A stretch of 64,000 nucleotides of DNA from Lobosporangium transversale (Eukaryota): contig NW_019028980.1 in NCBI RefSeq assembly GCF_002105155.1, positions 186,001 through 250,000 on the forward strand, in the 5' to 3' direction. Shown one piece after another: positions 53,303-64,000 of the stretch (its first letter is position 1; each line of letters begins with the position of its first letter). The translations under genes were made by a program, and so were the position numbers. Under the pieces are notes generated by a model that had not been told where the DNA came from, made no database searches, and saw nothing but the letters and a program-made list of their open reading frames with translations.

Positions 53303-56300
53303 TCAGATCCCTGGTCGAGTTCTTTTTGTTCTCATTCTTGCTCTTGTTCTATTACTCTTGTCCTTACTGTCGCACTTGCCCTTGCTCTTGCTCTTACCCT
53401 TACTCTTACTCCTGCTCTCGTTCTCGTCCTTGCCCGTATCCATGCCCTCCCTGTCCTTTTTCTTCTCTCTGAGATCAGTCATTATGTTGTCATCAATACT
53501 TCTTTTGACACCCAACTGGCCATGAGATGGAGATGTCTCCGATACAATATCAACCTCTAATACAACTGGGGATGATGAATGTATCTGTGGAGGCGTTGGC
53601 ACCAATACCGATCCTGGCCCGAGTACCTGTGCTGGTTCACCCTGATGCTGCTGTGAAAAAGGCAATGGTGATGCCGAGGATGGTGGCGTCATCTGACTCA
53701 AGATCGTTGCATACACAATCGCACCCATCAGTCCAACTGCTACCAGGATGGTTATGTAAAACCGACAGAACTCTACCACTTGACAACACCGATTCATCTC
53801 TTCGGAACCCATCCTCCGTTGGATCCCTCGAGGTAATATTCGGAACAGGAAAAAACTTTGACTATATTCTTCCTGTAACCGTTGCTGTTGTTGCATCTGA
53901 TAGGCATGCCAACGTTCTCGACGAAGTCGGCGACGTCGCTCTCTTCGCGTCTCTCGCATATTAGAATCGGTGACATCGGACCCAGGAGCATCTCCTGTGA
54001 GTAGACGACGGCAACGACAGCAACAGCAGAGGATATAGTAGACCCATTCCTTAAGCGTCCAACAGCATCGTCCATCATTCTGCAGAGTAGTACGTCTATT
54101 GGAATCTCTTCCTTCACCTTCTTCTACACCACTACTACCACTGTCACTGCTACTATCGCTGCTGATATAGTCACTAGAGTTAAAGTCACCATCTGTGTAC
54201 AAACGCAAATCATCGTCATCATCATCGTCGCCCGATGATGAAAACAAGTAGTCCGAAGAGTCATAATCTTCGCGTTCAAACGTCTCTTGATAAAGTTGAC
54301 TTCGCTGCCTTTTTTCTGCTTCAAACCCTGCCCTCTTCTCATGCGGCAGTTCCTTGGAATGATTTTTTGGTCCTATTGACATACTCTCTCGGCTTTTCTC
54401 GTGATGATTCATGCTGGTTTCAGCTAATGTTTGTTTATCGCGCTCATCCTTTGCTGCTGTCGTCGCTTTTAATGGGTCAAAGACCTCTATGTCTGTGTCT
54501 GGATTAGCCCTTAATCCTGATACTGATCCATAACTAGACATATGCTGAGATGCATTTCCCTCAACAGAAGAGAGCTGTCCTCTAACTATAGCATCAGGAG
54601 GCGTAGATATGGCTCTTGATGTTGACAGCACCGGTGTAGTTGGTGATAACGGAATTATGCCTTGTTGTCGCTGTAGAATGCGCGTATATGATAATCTTGA
54701 TCCTAAATTGGCTCTCACTATCGACTCTGACCTTCTGTATATGCCTTGATTGTCACCATCACTATCTACTGCTGCTGCTCCACTTTCCCCTTGGTGCATT
54801 CGATCATATCCACCGTTATAGGTATTCCATGGTCCTTGTGCTTGTCCTTCCATCACAACAGTTGTGACAGGACATTGGATCACTCCAACTCTTCCTGCCC
54901 GATCTTCAAAGTCCTCACAGCTCAAGTGACGAAAGAATAATCGTTGGAGTGACGGAAACAGCAAAAAGTCTTGACTAGTCCCAATCATCACTGCAACCCG
55001 ATCACCATCTTGTACAGGAACCCACCGGCATCCGTTTGTGTTGCTGTTGGCATTACTGTCTCCGCTTGGAGGCGCTGGGCCTGATTGCTCATTTCTACAG
55101 ACTGTTGGTTCCTCTTGCTGTGATTTTAGATTTATACTGCTAATGTTGCTGCCGCTACTCAGGGCCTCTAAAGAGACAGAAGGATTTGGATCAGGACTGG
55201 GATAGATAGAAACACCCCCAAAGTGCTTGGCTACCGGCTCTGGAAGTGTTGAGATTGCAAATGGCGATAGTCCGGTACTAGGCATCTTGAAAGGCTGCGG
55301 ATCCGGATCCCACCATGGTACAAGTACGGTACCATCATTAGTAGTATTAGGTGATTTCAATTTTGATTTCCGGCTTTTAGTTAAAATACAATTACAATCA
55401 GTAGCTCTTTGCTGTTGTGCGTGCTGTTCCTTATCAATCTCTAGCTCTGCGTCTTCAAGAGCAATAGATACTTTCACCGACCGCTGTTGTTGTTGCTTTT
55501 GAATTCCTCCTGCCTCTATTCTCGTAGTGGCCTTTGGGTTCTTTCTGGTTAAGGACGTGCTTGAAATTCGGTTGTCGAAATTTCCACGATTCATCCCATT
55601 GCTGACACCTTTCGGATGACGAAGTCCACGTTCCGTTTGTTCCAACAACGCAATATCTCTTCCTAATCTGACACGTACTTGTCTTGCCGACGTTGTTGTG
55701 TTGTTGCTACTCTTCCTATATTTGAGACCTTGATGGCTTTGACGTTCTTGAAAAGATTGAATGGCTAGACTTCGTTGCCAGCGTCGCCATTCAAGTTCAT
55801 GTTGCGACTCAATGTCTAAATCTACAAGCCTACTCTGTCGCCATTTTTCCTTTTTTAATTCTTCCTCACTTTCGTACACTTCTGCTGTAGGCGCCGAAGG
55901 CTTCGGTGACTCCGATGGCTCATTAACATCTGCTTTATCTTTTGGCGGCCTCGGTGCTTGTTGCTGTTGTGGACGTTGCGGCTGCTGCTGCTGGCGCTGA
56001 TGATGATATTGACGGTAATGGCTAGGACTGCATTCTAAACCCTTCACTCTACCATCCGGCAAAGTACTCATAGCCCAAGGTTCATACCACCATCCTCCTC
56101 GGCCTGGCTCCAACACCACAAAGAATGTTGGGTCCCCTTCCACCTCCATATTTGTCAATGGGTTGCGAAGCTCCCGATTCTGAATCAGCGAATGAACATA
56201 TCGAGGTATCTTGCCCTTCTTTTTTGTATTGATTTTGCTCTTCGAGCTTGTTTTCGTCGCTATCTGATCTATTGCTGCTATTGGTGTCGATGTTGTTGCT

Positions 56301-57172
56301 GTCCTTCCATGGATTCCCTCTGTTGGGATAGCGACCGCATGAACATCAGAAAGAACGGGTGTCTGTTGTTGCTGTTGTTGTTGATGATACAGCGGCGTTG
56401 ATGACAACCTTGGCGTTGAAAAGCTATTAATATTATTGGCTCCTCTACCTTCATTCCTCTTTGCTCTCTTTTCCTTTTCCTCCCTCTCTTCCTCTTTATC
56501 TTCACTTTCTTCTCCTTCATCATTGGCCTTCCAAAGCCTTTCAAAGTAATGCGGGACATTAGTCCTTAATGCTCGGGACCGTATACGCTGGATCTGAAAC
56601 ATGACACGTAGGAGATGTTGCGCATGGTAATAGCTCGAGTGCGTGGGTGGTGACGGATCTGTACAGCCACAGGAACAGCCCTGGGACGTTGTTTGCAGCC
56701 GAGCAAGGATTAGCGAAACAGGTTGTCCTAGTCAGCCAAATAAGAAATACAACGTTTAGGAAAAAAAAAAAAAAAAAAAAAAGAGTTAACAGGAGAGCAA
56801 GCTTCAGTACAAGATCATCCATAAAGGAAAAAAAAAAGAAATAATGAAACAAAGCCATCTACCTATTATATTGGTTGTCCGTGCCCTGTCTTCATCTTCC
56901 TTATCCTCATTCTCATCTCTGTTCTCAATCATATCCTTATGATTTTCGTCTTCGTTGTCACTTTCGTGGTTCTCTTGACAAGTTTGCTGTGATATCGACT
57001 GTTGTTGATGCTGCTTCTGTGGGCATGAGAATAGTCCACCCACGTTCCCATTCCTCTTCTCTTTCCGTAGATACGACGACAATGGCATGAGTGTGAGTGG
57101 GTCCGTGGTCGAAAGTGGGATACTTCCGATCCATCGGTTGGTGGGCGTCACAAAATGAATCTGTCCTGACAT
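53303..57172 (-). CDS. Large hypothetical protein with an N-terminal split globular domain (DUF5092-like by recollection) and one C-terminal TM helix; exons 57172-56863 and 56727-53303
   Basis: TDPLTL...|GQPVSLILARLQT...SYYHAQHLLRVMF...RYVH...RNPLTNMEVEGDPTFFVV. The TM segment FYITILVAVGLMGAIVYATIL is preceded by Cys clusters. Confidence 0.7.
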
Positions 57173-58014
57173 GATCCTTATACAAGATATGAGTGAATGT
57201 CCTCATGTGAGGAGGTTTGAGAAAGCGGAAAAAAAAAAAGAAAAGAAAGAAAGAAAAAAAAGGTGCCTTACAAGTGGTGAAAGTAAAGGAAGAAAAGCAA
57301 AAAGGAAGACAAGAGATGCGGTGAGATCCACAGGATATGCTGTCGCTGATCATTGAATAAAAAATTCCACTCACACCCGAATACAGAATGCACACCTGTC
57401 GCGTTATTAATATTATCATTATTATTGTTGTTATTAGTGTCCTGTCCTTCGATTCTTGTGTTCGCCGATCTTTGAAAAAGCCTATATCCTGCTAATCACA
57501 CTTGCCATTATAATTGTTGATAAAATCCAGTATTTCATTTGCCTGTAGTGATCTAACAGTTTATCACCACTCTATCACTTCTATTACTCCAATTTGCACT
57601 TGTGTGGTACAAAGATATAAACACTATGTGTATACATGCACCATGTTACATGAAAGTTCATGGTGACATGCTCACAGTACATGTATTTATTATGTAAAAA
57701 ATATTTTTATTCAGTATGTGCGCACAGACGATTTGGTCGATCTCGCGTGGGAAAATGCTTTTGTTTGGATGGATTATTCATTTCTTTTGTATTTTAATGA
57801 ATGAATTGATATAGTGACAGATCCTTCGAGGCAACATGTAAACTAGTTGGCTTCAGTCAAAAATGTATATTGACAAACTATCCAACTGCAGTAGTTGTGT
57901 ATTGTAACGAAATGTTATTTATTTGCATTCTTTGTGTGCCTAATGATTAATTGCTAATCTTTTGAATGATGGATGCGATTTTTTTTTCTCTTTTTTTTTT
58001 TACTTTCTTTTTCT

Positions 58015-61000
58015 TTACTCGTGCACAATGCGTGCAACAAGATCACCGCTCGACAAAGAGTCGTTTTCATGAATGGGCACGTACTCGACCTTACCCGAGA
58101 CTGGTGCTGTTACCACTGTCTCCATTTTCATAGCCGACAGAATACAGATCGGGTCTCCTTCCTTCACAATGGTGCCTTGCTTCACCCGGATTTCTACTAC
58201 TACACCTGACATTGGTGCTCCAATATCACCAGTATTGCTTGGGTTAGCACGCTCACGCGCCGTATGCTCCACTGCTGCATTCTTGTCCTGCACACTCACA
58301 TTACGTCCTTCTCCGTTCAACTCAAAGAAAACATCACGCTTGCCGGAAGCAGTGTTGATGGGTCCAACTGCCAGCAACTTGATGATCAATGTCTTGCCCT
58401 TTTCAATCTCCACATTAACTTCCTCTCCAATATCGAGTCTACTCAAGAAGTAGCGTGTAGGCAAAACAGATAGGTCGCCATATGCATCCACCTTGGCCCG
58501 ATACTCATCAAAGACCTTGGGGTAGATTGCCGCTGATGACACATCCACATCACGTATCGACTTGCCATACTTCTTAATTAACGATGCCTTCAGTCCCTCC
58601 AAGTCAAACTCGCCCATATCTTTACCAGGACGACCCTCAATGCGGGGCATTCCACGGATGATGGCCGAGCGAAGAGGTTCAGGGAATCCTCCATAGGGCT
58701 GCCCAAGGTAACCTTGGAAGAACTCCACTACGCTCGTGGGGAAGTTGAGTGATGCTGCCTTCTCCTTCACTTCCTCTGCACTCAATGAATTCGACACCAT
58801 GAATTGAGCCAAATCACCTACAACCTTGGATGACGGTGTAACTTTAACAATGTCTCCGCACAGCTGGTTTGCCTCAATGTAGGCCTTCTTAATCTCATTC
58901 CATTGGGTGCCTAAGCCGAGCTGCTGAGCCTGGAACATCAAGTTGGTGTACTGACCACCAGGCATTTCGTGTTGGTATACTCCAGAGTCAGCCGCGCGGA
59001 CATTAGCTTCGAATCCAGAGTAGAGTAGACGGGCCTGTTCCCAGTAGCTGTTGAGTGCAATCACGTCCTCCTGACGAATACCTGTACCCATTTCGGTGTG
59101 CTCCAATGCGGCTACCACGGCACCCATCGATGGTTGGGATGTCACACCAGACATGATATCCACTGCAAGATCAACAACGTCAGCACCAGCGGCTGCTGCT
59201 GCCAACATGGAGGCAACGCCCGTTCCCGCAGTATCGTGCGTGTGCATATGGATGGGCAAGTCAGGGAAGCGTTTACGGATAGCTCCAACAAGCATAGTAG
59301 CAGCAGCGGGCTTCAATAGACCAGCCATATCTTTGATGGCCAAGACATGAATACCCTCATTGACTAACTCCTGTACAAAGTTGAGGTAGTAATCCAAGTT
59401 GTGTTTAGTACGCTTGGGATCTGAGACGTCTCCGGTGTAGCAGACGACTGCTTCGACAATACCACCAGCGGCTTTAACAGCCTGGATACCGAGGCGCATG
59501 TTCTCAATATAATTTAAGCTGTCGAAAATACGGAAAACATCCATTCCACTCTTGACAGCTTTGGCGCAGAAATCAAAGATGACGTTGTCAGGGTAGCTGG
59601 TATATCCGACAGCATTGGCACCACGGAACAGCATCTGGAAAGGAATGTTGGGAACAAGTTTACGAAGTTGGATCAGGCGGTCCCAAGGATCTTCGTGCAA
59701 GAAACGCATAGCAACATCGAATGTGGCACCACCCCACATCTCAAGAGAGTAAGCGTTTTGAAGAGCGTGGGCAGTAGTAGGGGCGATGTTGAGGAGATCT
59801 ATCGGAAGTTTATGTGTTGAATCAAACGGTCAGTTGGCTAACCACAAGAAGCAGACTGATAAAGTTTTCTTTTTCTTTTTCTTTTTTTTTTTCTTTAGGA
59901 AAAAAGAAGAGAGCTTACCAATAGTGCGGACACGAGTGGCGAGTAAACTCTGATGAGCGTCTCTCCAGGTGGTATCAGTGATCAAGACACCAGGATAAGC
60001 ACGAACAGCCTTAGCAAAAGCCTCGGGGCCCTTTTCCAGGAAGATCTTGCGCCATCCATGAGTGGGAGGAACAGTAACATCAACTGTCTGGGTCGAGTCT
60101 TCTTTGCTTGACAATGTGGGGATCAACAACTCTCTCTTCAGTTGGGGCTCACCCTAAAAAGATGATGAGAATGACAAGATCAGTACCGGGTTATCGCGGA
60201 CTATCTATTTTTGTGCTTAAATAAAAGTTGGCCTAGCGACTTACAATTTGGCCAGCAATGCTAGGGCCATTGACAGCAACATCTCCAAGGTATGCCAACA
60301 ATTTCTGGGCACGATTAAGCTGTTTGACGAGATTGAACAAACTAGGGGTGTCATCAATAAAGGTGGTCCAGCACTTGCCCTGAATAAAGGTTTCGTGCGT
60401 GATAAGGCGTTGCACGAAAGGAATATTGGTCTTGACGCCACGAATACGGAACTCGACTAAAGCACGGACAACCTTACGTCTCGCGAGCTCATACGTAGCG
60501 CCAGAGCAGGTCACTTTGACCAGCAAGGAATCATAGTAAGGGGTGATCACAGCACCAACAAATCCTTGACCGCCATCGAGGCGGACGCCGTTCCCACCAG
60601 CTGATCTGTACACTTCAATTCTGCCAGTGTCAGGCTGGAAATTTTGGGAAGGGTCCTCAGTTGTAACACGACACTGAATTGCAAAGCCACGGATCTGAAT
60701 CTTGTCTTGAGTAAGACCGAGTTCAGGCAAAAGAATACCAGCAGCAATTTGAATCTGAGCAGCGACGATATCAATACCGGTGATCTCCTCTAATAATAAT
60801 AAGATAAAATGACAAATTAATAACTGTGCAAATGAAATATCTAAGTGATGTGAACAGGACAACAAAGTTTGTTACATACCAGTAATAGTGTGTTCTACCT
60901 GGATACGAGGATTGATCTCAATAAAGTAGTAACGATCCTGTTGATCGACCAAAAACTCTGCTGTTCCTGCGTTCTTGTATTTGACATGTTTGGCAAGCTT

Positions 61001-63146
61001 AATGGCATCATTCAAAATGGCATCTCTAACTGAAGGAGTCAACGATTTGGCAGGCGCAATCTCAACGACCTTTTGATGGCGACGCTGGACTGAACAATCG
61101 CGCTCAAAAAGATGGATAACGTTTCCTGCACTGTCAGCCAAGATCTGGACCTCAATGTGACGGGGTTTGTCAAGAAAGCGCTCAATAAACACGGTGCCAT
61201 CACCGAACGCCTGCTTGGCCTCAGAGGTAGCGCGTTCGAATGCCTCTGCGAAATCGGCTTGATTGCGAACAACACGCATACCGCGTCCTCCTCCGCCCAT
61301 TGCAGCTTTGATAATGACAGGGAAACCATACTCTAAGCAAAGATAGTATAAATCAGCATTGATGATAAAGCTGAGTTAATTATCTGTATTCCTCTGTCCA
61401 AATGTACAGCGAAATGTTTGACGCAGCAGCGACAGTTTTTGCAAGAGCACATTACATACCCTTGACGAAAGCTTCTGCTTCCTGACTCGATTTGACAGGT
61501 CCAGGAGTACCAGGAACAACTGGGACACCCGCAGCGACGGCTATTAACAAAGAAAAAGCGGTTAATATGGCTTCATGATGAGTAATGACTGCAAGCTTCC
61601 AAATCTTTATAAAACAATTTTCATCATCATTGAAGGTAGAAGCTAACACAGAAAAAAAAGACATACCGATATCACGAGCCTTGGTCTTGTCGCCCAAAGC
61701 CTCAATGACATGTGGGTCAGGACCAACAAAAGCAATGCCATTGTCCGCACACTTTTGGGCAAACGAAGCGTTTTCACTGAGGAAACCATAACCTGGGTGG
61801 ATCATGGAGACATCATGCAACTTTGCGATGCGAATAATTTCATCCTGTGCAAGGTAAGCCCCGACGGGTGTGAACTTTGATGGATCTCCGATCTGATATG
61901 CCTCATCAGCCTAAACAATTGGTTAAATAGTTAGTAAATGATGCGGCATGATAAACGATCCTCTGATCCTCCTAAGGTTGTTTTTTATGCTACATCCGAA
62001 TTGCTCTGGCATATCTCTTCTAAGTTTCCAAAAAGGAATAATGTCCGAAAGAGGATAGAATTGATAGGAGGGCATCACATCATATAATACCATATCATGG
62101 ACGTACAGAAACCCCCCGAAATGTAATCAAACATGACAAACTGAATGGGTCACAGTTTTCTCCCTTTATCTTTTATCTTTTTTTCTGTCGATCGATTATA
62201 CAAGAATAAATTTCCCATAAGAGCAAAAAAAATAGACCGAGCCCCTCTCGATTATTGTTAAATCTTATGCTTTGGTTATCGACAACAGTCAAGATGATAT
62301 ATGATCAAGGCCATTGGCTGGCCTCCAATTATCGCTCAATCATCCAAACACCAAAACCAAAAAGCGATATCAGAAAGATAAAGACAGAAGATGTCCCTCC
62401 TGAGAATATTTCGCTCATTTTAGATCGATACCACTATCTCCTTCGCCCTTTGTATTCCAACACATCATCCTTTTATCACTGCAAGGTGAGTAAAAAAAAA
62501 GCCTATTTTTTTTGGTGCTGACCAGATTGATGGTGTGTGATAATTAAAGAGGGACAAACTATGACCCATTAAAAAAAAAACGAGCCCCGGATGATTGACA
62601 GTCACATCCTCTGATGAATGATTAATTTTGATGACATCCCATCCTCTCTGTGCATCTGTGTTCAAATTCATTCACATAAAAAAATAAAAACTTTAACCCC
62701 GCATTCTGAGCATCGCCAGGTTTGGACAACACCCTGTTTTATACTTTTTTTTTTTTTTTTTTAAACCTTGTCATTGCCTCATCACTTTGCCGCAAATAAT
62801 AAGCAAAACTTCATGATGAAAAAGACTTTTTTTTTGGGGGGAAGGACCTCTCCATACCCCTATTACTCCCACGCTCAATGGCAACTTGAAAATTTTTTTT
62901 CCGCGCTCGATCCTCCACGCTCCCAATTCCCTAATTATTTGTTACCTTGTAACGATGCATGGAAAGTCTGTCTTCGTACGAAAACAAGGCAACAGTTCTC
63001 ATGGATAATTCGTGAGCAGAACGGAAGACGCGGATGGCGATTTCGCCACGGTTAGCGACAAGAACCTTTTTGAGAACATCATCTGGACGATTGGTGGTTG
63101 AACGACGGATCGTATCGACTGTATGCTCCTGTTGATCGTGAACCAT
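58015..63146 (-). CDS. PYC: Pyruvate carboxylase; exons 63146-62946, 61910-61667, 61540-61460, 61332-60880, 60789-60245, 60153-59919, 59798-58015
   Basis: [72 protein letters not shown] and biotin site AMKM. Confidence 0.98.
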
Positions 63147-64000
63147 TTCCAATATACTTTTGTAGTCGATAAAGAGTTAAAATAAGTATAATAAGGTACG
63201 AAGGTATCAAATGTAAAGACAATCAAAGGCGTGTGAGTGGGGAGAGGAAGAAAAAAAGGCAGGGAAGAATAGAAATGTAGAGGCTGAAGTGAATGATATA
63301 CACACTCAGGCAACACAAAGGACAGGAGGATAAGGGCAAGAAAGAAGAAGAAAAGAGGAAAAGGGGGCAGGGTTGGTAGAGAAAAGGAAAAGAAAAAGAG
63401 GAAAGTCAAAAAAAGAGAAAAGAGAAAGCTTTTTAAATTTGACCGTGTCGGTGATCTCTTAATTGGTGCTTTTTCCGCGTTTGTCTCAGCCCAACATTCG
63501 ATGTAAAACATGCTCTCTGAAATGCACACAATAAATTTTAGGACATGTCGCGTTTCTCTTGAAGAGACAGAGCACACCTTTCATCTTCACACTCTAATAA
63601 ACATAGGCACCATCTATGTATCTGCTACATGTATCAGGTTCAACAACCAAACAAATGCATAAGCATCTACTAGACTTTTATCTCTCCCTTGCTTGCTATA
63701 GTATGCAATTGTATTTTCAGCTTCCAAATGAGTGATGATTCAGAAACATGTGCATCTTCCCATTATAACTAGTTGTTAGCCTTCATCTTGCAATTTTATA
63801 TACGAGTATTACAGTATCATCCTGCATTTCCCGTTGGCTCCGCGCTCTTTCCGAAAGGCAAAGAAATACCATGTTATACATGTATACATCCATAACACTA
63901 CAATCTGTCACGGCCTCGTGGACGCATATACCAAAATATGGCTCGTAATAAGACCGTTCCGGGCCGCCTTACTCGCACTGATCTCATTTGGGAAGTGTAA

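Overview
Eukaryotic, intron-containing fungal DNA. The short GT-AG introns, very frequent long poly(A/T) tracts and intronless F-box/LRR genes suggest an early-diverging fungus, probably Mortierellaceae (inference). I rebuilt about 18 protein-coding genes by hand from splice signals. They are: a MARVEL-like membrane protein, an NRDE/TANGO2 protein, a secreted RNase T2 with a Cys-rich tail, two tandem F-box/LRR paralogs, a GST, a polyQ orphan, TFIIH Ssl1/p44, a RhoGAP-like protein, an orphan, CENP-O/Mcm21, an ankyrin protein, a REEP/HVA22 protein, Erg28, PPWD1 cyclophilin, an EngB/YihA GTPase, two hypothetical membrane proteins and pyruvate carboxylase. About 5.5-14.5 kb is an accessory region of decayed mobile elements. 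Its most notable feature is a ~640-bp reverse transcriptase/RNase H fragment (9260-9901). Its motifs and spacing look closer to hepadnavirus-type polymerases than to typical LTR elements. It replaces the middle of an intron-containing IS630/Tc1 (DD34E) transposase and is in frame with that transposase's HTH exon. All homology calls come from motif recognition; no searches were run. No tRNA, rRNA or CRISPR was seen.
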